The notes: generated by a model not told the origin, from the letters alone. 64,000 nucleotides of DNA from Eledone cirrhosa (GCA_964016885.1 OZ024742.1:138198001-138262000); one strand, 5' to 3'. Numbered from the stretch's first letter, positions 38,411-52,753 are shown. Made by a program: numbers and translations.

Positions 38411-40360
38411 CAACGTGTAACTAAAAAAAAAATGTTTCTCTGTTCCTGGCTTGTAATCACTTTTTTTGTGTTGCTTAGGTCCCAAATAAATAAAAAAAAA
38501 AGTGCTATTAAACAGTTAAAAGTTTGGGTTTGTAAAAATTCTAAGCTATTCACTAGAATTATTTGTATGCTGGATTTTACGTTGTATGTAAGTTTAATTT
38601 AATACGAGTTAAATGATTTTTTTTTGTATATGTTTCAGGTTAAATTAAAATTATAAAATAAAGCGTAATACCTAAAGAAAATTATAAAAGTGCAATAAAG
38701 TATAAAATTGTTAAAAAGTGGATTATTGATACTGGATTTTCGCACCCTGAATAAAGGGTAAGTTGTGTTTTAAGCACGAATTTACATTAGTATGATTAGT
38801 GTTCTTTTATATTATTTAAATATGTATTTCCCTTTCCAATATTTATTTTGTATTGCATGTCAAATTTGTTTTCCAAGACAAGTATACTGATGAAGAGGAG
38901 GAGATGGATGCTGAGGACTTGGATTACCTGCCTGAGGTACCAGAAAAAGTTCCTCACTTCCCAAACCAAAAACAAGTCAATGACTTGGTCAGGGATATGG
39001 GTCTGACCAAGTCCAATGCAGAGCTATTCGTCTCCAGGATAAAATAGTGGAAGTTGATCAAGGAGGAAGTATAGGTGACAAGTCAGAGAAGTCGACACGA
39101 ACCTTTCTCAGGCTTTACACTCTTAGGGATCGCCTCTGTTTCTGCCATGACGTGCGTGGACTGTTTGACGTTATTGGGTGCCGTTTGTGCCCAAGGAGTG
39201 GCGGCTATCTTTTAGACAGCTCCACCACAAGTTTGAAGGCTGTCCTCCACAATGGAAACAAGTCCCCGACACTGCTCCTAGCTCATTCAGTCTGCCTGAA
39301 GGAAGATTACTACAGTGTGAAAGTCCTCTTGGAAGCTCTGCAATACAACCAGTAGAATTGAGAAATCATTGGAGACTTCAAGACGGTGGCTTTCTTGCTT
39401 GGACTCCAAGGAGGCTTTATCAAATTCCAATGCTTCCTCTGCCTTTGGGACAGCAAAGCCACATCTGACCACTACAAAAGAGAGAACTGGGAGCAGCGAA
39501 CAGAATTTGTAGTTGAGACCCTGAACGTCATGTGGGAGCCGCTGGTTGATCCCAGGTTTGTGCTCATGCCGCCACTGCACATTAAGTTGGGGTTGATGAA
39601 GCAGTTTGTGAAGGCTCCTAACCAAGAATCAGCTTTTAAGTACCTTCTTGAGTTCTTCAAAGGTGGAATTTGTGTTATACCTCAGATAAAGAAGGTGTTT
39701 GATTCTACCGAGTTCTCCAATAAGCTCAGTAGGATTGAGAGAACAGCATGGAACTGTTTTAAGGCAGTTGTTAAGGGCTTCCTGGGCAACTACAGAGCTG
39801 AAAATTACCAGTAACTGGCGCAGGATCTGATAAGGGCTTTTGGCGCCATGGGATGCAGGATGTCGCTTAAACTCCATATACTGGACGCTCACCTGGAAAA
39901 ATTCAAGGACAATATGGGCGCCTACTCAGAAGAACAAGGCGAACGATTCCACCAAGATGTGAAAGAGATAGAGTGGAGGTACCAGGGCCACCACAATGAA
40001 CAAATGATGGGGGACTATATCTGGGGGCTAGTGCGGGAATGTGACCTGGACTACAACCGCAAATCCAGGAAATCCAGTCATTTCTGACGTGTATAAGTTG
40101 ATTTATAAGTGTTATTTTTTTTACTTGTTTTGATAAGCTTGTGTAATAAAATAAATATATACTCTGTTGATTTAATTATATGAACTGATAAATTTAAAAA
40201 GAAATGTGTTTTTCTTGAAAAATATGAAAATTTAGAAATATCAAACTCCTGACCACAAACCCAAACTTCTGATTAAATAATAGTGTTTTTTTATAGTAAT
40301 GGGATATAACAAACCATGAAATGACACTTAGAACCGGGGAACAAAAAATGTTACACGGTG
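38411..40360 (+). mobile_element. Chapaev3-like (CMC superfamily) DNA transposon relic
   Basis: Imperfect TIRs CAACGTGTAAC (38411) and GTTACACGGTG (40350-40360); flanks TAA/CAA. Confidence 0.78.
38853..40087 (+). pseudogene. Chapaev3-type transposase, C-terminal part, with stops and frameshifts
   Basis: NDLVRDMGL..AEL, DSS..SLKAVL.HNGN, GLQGGF.KF.CFLC.WDS, PPLHIKLGLMKQF, SLKLH, SEEQGERFHQD, MMGDYIW. Confidence 0.82.
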
Positions 40361-40969
40361 CAATTATTAATAATGGTATATCGTGCAATGGACTTACTCG
40401 ATAACGAGGAGGCATCCATCATGTATGTATGTATGTATGTATGTTGACTTGTTCTTCTTTTTGGTAAATATCATCTTGGTTAAGAGAGTGGGACTGGCTT
40501 TGTGCAGTGCCTTTGCTCACTATAAAAGCTTCACGGCACAGGCATTGCTTTATATCTGGAGATCTCTCTGCACTTGTCGTCACATGGAACCATGGGCCCA
40601 GCACTATATGTCAATAATTGTCACAAGTGTACTGTTTGTACCAGAGTTTTCAAGTCGCTGGTTGGACTAAAAAGTCACACTCGTTCAGCGCATTGGTAGG
40701 TGTTCTCCTACATGAATATAAAGTAGTGGCCGTACTCGAAAACGAGTTAGCAGCCGCCATGTATGTATGTATGTATGTATGTATGCATGTATTTATTTAT
40801 GTATGTATATATATATGTGTATGTGTGTATGTATCCCTGTCTTCCTCCGGTTGCAACGTTTTTTGAAATATCCAGTTCTGCGTTTACAGATTGACTTTGT
40901 TAGTTTCAGAAGATCCCGTTAAGGGTGAAAGCAGTGATTCTTTGCTTAAACTTTAATCTGTTATTTTAA

Positions 40970-41001
<32 letters not shown>

Positions 41002-41109
41002 TAAATTTATCTATATATGCATGTATACATTTATACATTTTCACATATTTACCTATGTATGTATGCATGTATTTATGTATGTATGTATGTATGTATGTAT
41101 GTATGTATG

Positions 41110-41143
<34 letters not shown>

Positions 41144-41161
41144 TATGTCTATGTGTGTATG

Positions 41162-41194
<33 letters not shown>

Positions 41195-41479
41195 ATGTAT
41201 AAATGTATCTATATATGAATGCATACTCACATATTTAGCTAGTGCTACCCACTGTGCTAAAGGTATGATCAGAAAATCTTGAGTTACACTGAAGTATGTA
41301 AACACAGTGGTACCCGCCACATGATAGATGAATTTAGAAGTATATATTTACAACTGTCGGTAACAGTATGTAAATGAATCAAAATCTATCAAAATCTAAC
41401 GAAGATACATAAATTCACTACGCTCGTAACGTTACAAATATCGATATATACATATACAGTACAATATTTATATAATATA

Positions 41480-42013
41480 ATTGTTTGTACTTTTGGCACA
41501 AGGCCAGCAATTATCCTAGTGGTACTTTATTTTATCGACCCCGTAAGGATGAAAGGCAAAGTTAACCTCGGCGGCATTTGAACTCATACTATAAAGGACC
41601 GTAATTCTTTGCTGCAAAGCATGGCTTTCGACTCTCTACCGATACTGCCAATCCACCGCTCTTAGACCTATTTCACCAGTTCGCCGTTGACATTATATTT
41701 ATATAATATATTGTAATATAATATGACAATATCTCTCTCTCTGTATTTCAATAGTGGCTTGCATGTTACCCAACTTGGAGTGTATCTTTCGGATTCCCAG
41801 AAACCAATCGAAGATATTTATATAATTGTTTCTACTTTTGGCACAAGGCCAGCAATAATCCCAGTACATTACTGGTACTTTATTTTATCGACCCCGAAAG
41901 GATGAAAGGCAAAGTTAACCTCGGCGGGATTTGAACTCAGAATGGCAAGGGCCGTAACTCTATGCGTCAAAGCATGGTGTCCGACCCTCTACCGATACTG
42001 CCAATCCACCGCC
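41480..42013 (-). mobile_element. Two tRNA-derived SINE copies (41480-41660, 41826-42013); a degenerate copy lies at ~43690-43835
   Basis: Same A/B boxes and core as 36188-36372. Confidence 0.85.
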
Positions 42014-42356
42014 ATTAGTAATAATAATAATGACAAGAATGTACAGGTAGAGGAGGAAGAGGAGGCAGAAGTGTAGAGGAGGTGGACGATAGATATTATA
42101 TTTATATAATATCTATCGATCAGGTCCGGGTTCGTCTTTTACCTGTTTGTAGTTCCGTTTTTGTAGTGGCAACATGTCTCCGGCCGCAATTTTTACTGTG
42201 TCACACTCTTAACGTATTGTTATTACTTTGAGCTATATTTTATCGATTTATTGATATCGCCGCATTGAGTGCTTCGTGCCTGACTCAGAAGAATGATTTT
42301 CGAAAACTGCTAATCGCTGCTGCAACTTCGATTTTACTCACTATTATATATATATA

Positions 42357-42465
<109 letters not shown>

Positions 42466-42496
42466 GTATATATATGTATATATATATATATGCATG

Positions 42497-42573
<77 letters not shown>

Positions 42574-42793
42574 GGGTATAAGTATCAAAAGAGAGGAGTA
42601 AGCTGAGAGGTACAGAGAGGTGCGATACAGATTACTAAATGCCAATAGCCGAAGCGTGGTGTGCTCAATGCTTGGGTTAGCAGAGTTAACTATTAGAGGA
42701 GGGTAATATTTAGCGTATAGTTTAAGCAGAGCTGGAATAAGAAAATGGGTGAATAACGGAGTTACACACCCTCGAAACAAGTTCTTTATATAG

Positions 42794-42832
42794 CTCTTAC
42801 ACATGTTTCACCCACGCGGGCTCTTCAGAGAA
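42794..42832 (-). ncRNA. Minimal type I hammerhead ribozyme
   Basis: TTCT-CTGAAGA-GCCC(GCGT)GGGT-GAAAC-ATGT-GTA-AGAG: full core, stems I and II paired, 2-bp stem III. Confidence 0.75.
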
Positions 42833-44350
42833 ATAATTGATTATATAATATCACAAGTAATTATAGATACAGTTGAGAATTGTTTCCTCAGCTTTACTTC
42901 ACCCTGCATTATAAGCGAAAAAATGTAAACACAATTCTCAACAGTATCTATACTTACTGATGACATTATATAATTAATTATTTTTTTGAAAATCAGCTAT
43001 ATACGTATTCAATCAGCTATATAAATATGTATTAATGTTTTTAATTAAAGATACGGTATATTGCCAAATATACTATACATACATTCATGTATACATCGCT
43101 ATTTCAGAGCACCAATTCTAATACCTAATTTTTGCTGGACCGGCAATCGCTCTGTATAATCAGCTCCTGATTATTACTGGAATTTTATAAGAATCCAGCT
43201 TCTATAATTTTCGGCGGAAGCCTGTGAGTGCGTGGCTCTGATGTACACCAACCAGCGTTAAACAGACTGTCAGCTTCTCTCACTTCTTTCGCCGAAAAGA
43301 AGTAAGTGACATAGTCACTACTTTAAATCTAATAACATATGACCTTCTAAATGTTTTTAATTTAACATACGGTATATTGCCACATATACTGTACATACAT
43401 TCATATATATATATATATAGATATAGATATATAGATAGATATGGGAGGGTATATGTGTGTGCGTGTGTGGTTATGGCATGTACGTGTGTACATATACGAA
43501 CGTCAACGAGAATCAGCTAAGTGCATGTATGTATGAGCCCCTAACTCCTAAGAGTATCGTAGGGCCGCCATGTTGGCATAGCGTTTCAAGGGCATTTTAA
43601 AACCTGTTGGAACCCATTTTCTCTCTAGTTCTAAATGCAATATATTTCTTCTAGAGACAGATAGAGAGTAGGAAAAGAAGTGAAAATGAAATACAGAGGA
43701 TCAATCGACCCCAGGACTAGAATTGTTTTTGTTTTTTTTTGGTTAAGAAGGATGAAAGGCAAATTGACAGCGACAGGATTTGAAGACAGAGTGCACTGAG
43801 CCGAATCAAATACTGCGAAGCAATCTTTCCGACCTTGTATATAAACACTCAGTAAAGAGGTTCCAATGGTGAGTGCCAAATATCTTACCCATTCAAGATT
43901 TCTCCAACATGTATTCATTAATAGCATATATTTCAAAATATACGATATTATAGAAATACCGTAAAAATAAAATAAAATAAAACAGCTGACTCAGACATAA
44001 TGAATGATATTAACCACACAGAGTCATATGGTTTAGGAGACTCGATCGATAGTTTTCCTGTCTTACGTACAAGCTCTGCAGAGATTGTCTGAAGATATTA
44101 TGCCAAAGTACACTGAAATTAACAATGGGGTCATAGAGAAATGAACAGCTGGAAAGAAATGTGTTTCGGTGACTAGGTTAAATACATTTACATAAATAAT
44201 CTATGTTATTAGGAATGAAAGAACAGTGAAATAATCTTATAGATATCTGGCATAATCTTTGAGAAAAAGTTACAAATTAGATTTATATTTCTGTACCTAC
44301 ACATCACATATTCTCAGTAGTTAATCATTTTTAAAGTCCAGTAACTAATG

Positions 44351-44467
<117 letters not shown>

Positions 44468-44483
44468 ATATCTTCTCTATCTA

Positions 44484-44538
<55 letters not shown>

Positions 44539-44540
<2 letters not shown>

Positions 44541-44741
44541 CGAAGGAAATGTGGTAAGGAACCAGGTGGACCATAACGCACCAAAGTACTCAATACTTGA
44601 GGTAGTAGAGTATGTAATAGGAACCAGTAAGACCCCGACAGCTGAGCTCAAGCCGTTTCGACGGCTAATTCTGGACTCAGTCCAGAATTAGCCGTCGAAA
44701 CGGCTTGAGCTCAGCTGTCGGGGTCTTACTGGTTCCTATTA
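44539..44741 (-). mobile_element. Family Z palindromic element with the most complete hairpin centre
   Basis: Perfect ~60-bp arms around CTGGACT-C-AGTCCAG; (TA)n flanks. Confidence 0.85.
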
Positions 44742-44860
44742 TATATATAAAGAATTAGTATATCTACCAACATATATATACAGCTGCATACCTATGCTAG
44801 CAAATATATAGGTTTTGTCTTAGTAACTTTGTGGTTCAATGCAAGGGGATGCAGAACAAT

Positions 44861-45273
<413 letters not shown>

Positions 45274-45276
45274 ACG

Positions 45277-45364
<88 letters not shown>

Positions 45365-46306
45365 ACCTTTGTTTCTGTAACAGTATAAATGTGTCACACA
45401 CAGCTTCTCCTGAATAAATGAAAGTATGTCAAAGGACATTGTCTGAGGAGTTCATACATTCTGACAGCTTTGTGGGCTGCTGTAATATAGAGTACATAAC
45501 AATGGAAGGGATATATGCAAAAATCAAGAGCCACTAGAATACATAGACCTGGTTGCTGAGGCCTCAGATCAACCTCTGCCATATTAATGATGTGCTGCTA
45601 AAATGGCCTATAAAAGATTTACTGGATTGATCAGGAGCTAAGCAACAAGAATAATATTCTATTTTCACGCATATTAACATATAATTAAATGAATAAATAT
45701 ATTATTATAGTATCGATAGGGATGGGATATAAAATTTGGATACATTGTCACCCTCTACATAGAACTTTACAGCAATACTTACTTGCAAACGAGAGATTTC
45801 TAAGCATGTTTGCCATGTAGTAGGTATGATAGCTTCTGTTCAGTTGCAACAGTATATGGGCGGCTGCAGGATATCAACAAGAGCGAGCCTTGTGAGATGG
45901 AGTATATGTTCCAGTGCGATTCTCTTTCATCCTCCGGGGCAATGTCTTCTCCATCCTGTCTGCCGGGACCAGGAGACGGACAGTTACTTAGTTTGATTTG
46001 TTGTGGTACTTCCAAAAGAACGAGTACGTCGATAATAATATTAGCATGTATATTAGATTGTTACCTTTTATTCAACTTCAGCAAGACTCTTTATTTCATG
46101 GAAACCTGAAAAGTCAACTAGAAAAAAATGAGACATTTCATTCTGATTTTTGTTACACATTGAATTAAGTTAGATATTCGTGAGTTTTACGTTAACAGTG
46201 CACGTGTATGTGCAATAGTCAACTAATTTCATAGGTAGTCTGTCTCCTTGATCAATTATTTCAATACACGTGACGGAACGGCAAAGGCGGAAGTAAAACA
46301 CCGGAA

Positions 46307-46392
<86 letters not shown>

Positions 46393-46676
46393 AGTAAGGT
46401 TGCTTGGATGCGTCCATAGGCGGTATGCCGGTTGAGCACTCTATGCTCAATCAGAGCAGAGTTTAATAATATGGAAAACGAAGTCGCTAGACGTATCTGA
46501 GGAACTTGCGAATTCAGAGTCAGGTTCGATCCACAAATACATCGTACCTCGAGCTGTTCGCCGGAGAAATAATTGTTATACGTTGATAAATTGTGTTTCG
46601 ATGCATCACGCACCACTGATTCTTCGTTTTCATATTATATATATATATCTATATATATGTTTATGTATATATATAA

Positions 46677-46885
46677 AGCATAAGAACTGTGAAACCGGTA
46701 ATGTAAAATAAATAAATATACTTAAAAAGACTCCAGTTGCATTTTCGACTTCTTTTCCCTCTATATATATAAGGAAAAGAAGTCGAAGATGCAACTGGAG
46801 TCTTTTTAAGTATATTTATTTATTTTACTTTATCGGTTTCACAGTTCTTATGCTATACAACCCGGACTCGATAAGGGTTGTATCT
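46677..46885. mobile_element. Tail-to-tail palindromic element centred on (TA)n with a hammerhead 3' half
   Basis: ~80-bp arms; GAAACCGGTA followed by AATAAA. Confidence 0.65.
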
Positions 46886-47202
46886 ATATAATTATATGTA
46901 AACCCATGGAGCAAATATTTATTATTAGTACAATTTAAAAGTTTAAGTCAGACATGTTTGCTTTCACCCTAAACGGTATCATATGGATGCGAGAAAAATC
47001 AATGTCAGAAGTATATATTAAAAAATTGACTTTCGAAAACAGGAAAACATAACCGTAGTCCGTAAGGACATAAACTGCATAAAACATTTATGTATTACAG
47101 CCCAACATTATATCGTAATGGATAGTATGGACACAACACTGATGATATAAGTCATGATGTGGTAGCTAAGAACAATCAAAACTCTCTCTCTCCCTCTCTC
47201 TC

Positions 47203-47311
<109 letters not shown>

Positions 47312-47529
47312 GATAACAAGATATCGTTAGAGGTTGTGAATACTTCTTCTTATGGATAATTTTAGCGTACGGCGTTGTTTGACTCCACAAGAGGTTTACG
47401 TAGATGACGATTTAAATTGAGTGGCACTACTTTCAGTGTTTAGCAATTTTTAGAGAACTCTATCAGTGAAACAATTGTTAGACTATAAATAAATTCCCTG
47501 TTGACCATGTTGTTATTCTCCACTTTTTC

Positions 47530-47614
<85 letters not shown>

Positions 47615-47815
47615 GAAAAATTGAACAGGGACAGAACAGAGAGGCAGTACGATAAATGTTTATTAAATTCACGCTCAGGAGAGTGGGGGGTAGGATACGT
47701 ATATATATATATAAGAAATAAGAGTTCCCTTCAAGCATAGCTTTATACAATATGTATAGAAATTTCGTATTTCTAAAGAAATATATATTCTATAATATAT
47801 ATATATATATCCTAC

Positions 47816-47860
<45 letters not shown>

Positions 47861-47864
<4 letters not shown>

Positions 47865-49856
47865 TATGAAGAGAGAAGAAACATTTAGATATAATTAGTA
47901 ATAAAATGTATCATACCTAAACTGCTCCTAGATTCCTCGACTACGTAGTTTCGTGGCATAAACAAAAACAATACATCATAAAGATATAGAGCCCTTGCGA
48001 GGTCTGCCGACTTATCAAGAGGATACCTCATTTTACTAGTCTCAAGAACGCGTCTACACGACGTGAGAAAGAATCCCAAAAGGCGGAGGGGGAGACAGTC
48101 ACGCGATATAACGGTCGAGAAACAGAGCTAAGCCTCTTATAACCCCGAAGAAAATACCACGGAGGCGGAGGGGGTATTTATATCGAAGCCGTAGAAGAGG
48201 TGGTGAAGGAGGCGAGTAGTATGAGTAATGGAAGCTTTCCAGCAGTCCCCACACTTCAAAGATTGCTCGACCAGAGGGAGTTATTAACAATATATTTAGA
48301 AACACACAGATACATGCGGACACACACATATACATGAATGCATCCGCACCCAACCGTGAGTTAAGGGTGCCAACTTCACCGATGTTGCTCAATGAATGAC
48401 TGGGACAGACCAATCCGGTTGAACTAGACTGAACCAGTATCAGAGTTAAAAATACATTATGAAGAGAGAAGAAACATTTAGATATAATTAGTAATAACAT
48501 GTATCATACCTAAACTGCTCCTAGATTCCTCGACTACGTAGTTTCGTGGCATAAACAAAAACAATACATCATAAAGATATAGAGTCCTTGCGAGGTCTGC
48601 TGACTTATCAAGAGGATACCTCATTTTACTAGTCTCAAGAACGCGTCTACACGTGAGAAAGAATCCCAAAAGGCAGAGGGGGAGACAGTCACGCGATATA
48701 ATGGTCGAGAAACAGAGCTAAGCCTCTTATAACCCCGAAGAAAATACCACGGAGGCGGAGGGGGTATTTATGTCGAAGCCGTAGAAGAGGTGGTGAAGGA
48801 GGCGAGAAGTATGAGTAATGGAAGCTTTCCAGCAGTCCCCACACTTCAAAGATTGCTCGACCAGAGGGAGTTATTAACAATATATTTAGAAACACACAGA
48901 TACATGCGGACACACACATATACATGAATGCATCCGCACCCAACCGTGAGTTAAGGGTGCCAACTTCACCGATGTTGCTCAATGAATGACTGGGACAGAC
49001 CAATCCGGTTGAACTAGACTGAACCAGTATCAGAGTTAAAAATACATTATGAATACATTATGAAGAGAGAAGAAACATTTAGATATAATTAGTAATAAAA
49101 TGTATCATACCTAAACTGCTCCTAGATTCCTCGACTACGTAGTTTCGTGGCATAAACAAAAACAATACATCATAAAGATATAGAGTCCTTGCGAGGTCTG
49201 CCGACTTATCAAGAGGATACCTCATTTTACTAGTCTCAAGAACGCGTCTACACGACGTGAGAAAGAATCCCAAAAGGCGGAGGGGGAGACAGTCACGCGA
49301 TATAACGGTCGAGAAACAGAGCTAAGCCTCTTATAACCCCGAAGAAAATACCACGGAGGCGGAGGGGGTATTTATATCGAAGCCGTAGAAGAGGTGGTGA
49401 AGGAGGCGAGAAGTATGAGTAATGGAAGCTTTCCAGCTCGACCGTTATATCGCGTGACTGTCTCCCCCTCCGCCTTTTGGGATTCTTTCTCACGTCGTGT
49501 AGACGCGTTCTTGAGACTAGTAAAATGAGGTATCCTCTTGATAAGTCGGCAGACCTCGCAAGGACTCTATATCTTTATGATGTATTGTTTTTGTTTATGC
49601 CACGAAACTACGTAGTCGAGGAATCTAGGAGCAGTTTAGGTATGATACATTTTATTACTAATTATATCTAAATGTTTCTTCTCTCTTCATAATGTATTTT
49701 TAACTCTGATACTGGTTCAGTCTAGTTCAACCGGATTGGTCTGTCCCAGTCATTCATTGAGCAACATCGGTGAAGTTGGCACCCTTAACTCACGGTTGGG
49801 TGCGGATGCATTCATGTATATGTGTGTGTCCGCATGTATCTGTGTGTTTCTAAATA
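47861..49856 (-). repeat. ~595-bp tandem array (2.6 units) plus an inverted ~420-bp copy; each unit carries a hammerhead
   Basis: Units offset by 593 and 601 nt; inversion junction at ~49436; (TA)n at the left flank. Confidence 0.92.
49533..49622 (+). ncRNA. Type I hammerhead, U3-A8 core variant (minus-strand copies at 47934-48023, 48527-48616, 49128-49217)
   Basis: TCCTC-TTGATAA-GTCGGCA...TGCCAC-GAAAC-TACGTA-GTC-GAGGA. Confidence 0.7.
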
Positions 49857-49861
49857 CATAT

Positions 49862-50790
49862 ATATAAAATTGTAAGTTTGAAGAACAGTCAGATAAAATA
49901 TATCCAATTTTTCTTCCCTTAGTCCGTAGAAATTAACTAGATAATTAATCATTTAAATGCAGCTAAGTTTAAAATCTATCTTCGAAGAAATAGCAGATAA
50001 ATGACACAGACTATCCCCCCCCCCCCCGCGAGGAACAGTCAGATAAAATTTACCTAGTCTTTCTTCTCAGCCCGTAGAAATTAACTGGACAAATAATCAA
50101 TTAAGTCTAGAATGTATGTTTGAAGAAACAATGTATATAAACTTTACCAAAATTCTTCTAGACTCGCCTATCGGTAGTTTCGCTCCTACTACTTTGTGGA
50201 TATGTCCAATCCTCGTATTTTCCATGAGGTTTCGACCTTCTCAAGTGACCCCTCAGTTAGGACTAAAATTTCTACAGTGATCGCCGCCAGAAATGAATAC
50301 AAAATAGGCAAGAATTATCACGTGGCCAGCGGTCAAAGTAGAAGGTTGTGAAGGGCAGGCCGGATGGCAGGTAGATTGGCTGCTAAAAGGAGCAGTTAGT
50401 TACGGCCTAAGGTTTACTCGACCGAACGGGGGTATAGAATAAATTCATAGGGATATATATGTATATATTTAGACATAGTCACAGATACATATATGAGTGT
50501 GGCTACCTTTCACGGTGTGACTCAAGGAAAAAATTAATTAATCAAATAATTATTAATCAGAGCTATATAAAATTGTAAGTTTGAAGAATAGTCAGATAAA
50601 ATATATCCAATTTTTCTTCCTCTTAGTCCGTAGAAATTAACTAGATAAATAATCATTTAAACAGAGCTAGGTTCAAAATGTAACTTCGAAGAAAAGATAA
50701 ATGACACACACTATTCCCCGCGAGGAACAGTGAGATAAAATTTACCTAGTCTTTCTTCTTAGCCCGTAGAAATTAACTAGACAAAAATAA
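49862..50790. repeat. Direct repeat of ~230 bp (49862-50095, 50566-50785) with an internal subrepeat
   Basis: TATAAAATTGTAAGTTTGAAGAA...CCGTAGAAATTAACTAG occurs twice. Confidence 0.8.
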
Positions 50791-51148
50791 CTAGACATAT
50801 ATATATATATAGGTAAAAGGAAAAGAAAATGCTGACAAATTGTTCCCAGTGAAAAATAGTTTAATTAGGAATAAGTAAAAATTAGTAATAGTATTGGTTA
50901 GTATTGAGTTTTGGTTTTAAGTTTTACCGGATGCGCATTTCTAATGCTTTTCAAAAATAATTTTGAGATAGAACGCCCATGATGTTTGCTCTAATCTATA
51001 TATATATAGGGAGTGTAACTTGGAGTTACTGCAGGTTCACCCGGGTGAGCACTCGATGTTTAGGTTCACTTCTGTGTCGAAGTGTAGAGCTATACAGAGT
51101 GTGTTATATTGAAAAGATAACAAGGACGATTGGTTACTCTTTCATTAA

Positions 51149-51264
51149 ATTTATTGGTAGGTGACGCGCGTTTCGCTACTGATCAGCTCAAGGTTCGATC
51201 TGTATTGATACAGATCGAACCTTGAATTGATCAGTGGCGAAATACGCGTCACCTACCAATAAAT
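51149..51264. mobile_element. Palindrome of two hammerhead 3' halves
   Basis: Arms end GAAAC-GCGC-GTC-ACCTACC-AATAAA; 2-nt centre at 51206-51207. Confidence 0.75.
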
Positions 51265-51915
51265 GTAAAATCTCCCATAAGGTTCAGATGCAATTTAGGC
51301 AATATTGGGCTGCGCTTTCTAGCAATCAGCCCACTCGCCGTAAGGTACCAATCACATTCTTTCTGACTTGACCACTGCCACGTCACAGTTCTTAGCCATT
51401 TTGAATTCGTTTCTGGCGGGGATCATTTAAGAAAATTCTTTGTCCAAGTGAGTTTGTTTCCTGATGAGTTCGAAGCTCGAGAATTTATCCCTGATAAGAT
51501 ATTTCCGAAAGTGATCGAAACTCTAAAGGGTAGAAACGTAATCCTGGTATGTGTATATGCATTTTTTCTTGTAACTTTAATTTTATACCTCATTGTCTAT
51601 GGTTGACGGTATATTTAATCGATTTCCACGTGCTATTGAAATGTTGGGTAAATATTCTATAGCTGTTGATAGCGAATAGATGGTGCCTTTTAATCTTATA
51701 GCCTGGTTTAATTGTTTTTTTTTGTGTGTGGCTGATTATGCTAATTGGGAGTTGAAATGGTGTATATATTTTATCAAATGATTCTATGGACATACTTTAT
51801 TGTATATAGATATAAATATATATATATATAACAAAGGAAATGTGGTAAGGAACCAGATGGACCATAACGCACCACAGTACTCAATACTTATAGTATATTT
51901 ATATATATATATACA

Positions 51916-52345
<430 letters not shown>

Positions 52346-52502
52346 ACATTCGGCTCTGTTAATTTGTTGAGCTATTTCAAATGTCGAGTAAACCTGGTTG
52401 GTATTTTTAGTGGTGTTGGTTTGAGAGACTCGCTAGGATGCCATGTGCGCTGTTTTATATTATGTATAGAGCATACATGGATGCGTCTAGGACACTAATT
52501 CA

Positions 52503-52578
52503 TCACCAACTGATGAGCTTGGATTAGTATTTCTATTCACAATTAACTTTGTGAAACAACAAGAAGTTGTCTGGGTCA
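52503..52578 (+). ncRNA. Degenerate type I hammerhead
   Basis: CTGATGA (52510), GAAACAAC-AAGAA-GTTGTC with 5-bp stem III and GUC site; stems I and II imperfect. Confidence 0.5.
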
Positions 52579-52753
52579 TTGTTAGTTACCACAATTCCGG
52601 TTTGTATTTATTTTCTTAATCTTTTCTTAAATTGAGACTAGCGAACCCAATTGTCTATAGTTAGTATTCTTTTCACCTTAGCGAATCAGGTCCCTTACGA
52701 TTTGAACACATATGTCTATATATCTGTGTTCGTTTTTCTTTTATATTCTATTA

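Noticed and set aside
45394-46109. Possible host exons (GC-richer unique sequence)
   Set aside because: No recognisable domain and no convincing splice-site pair
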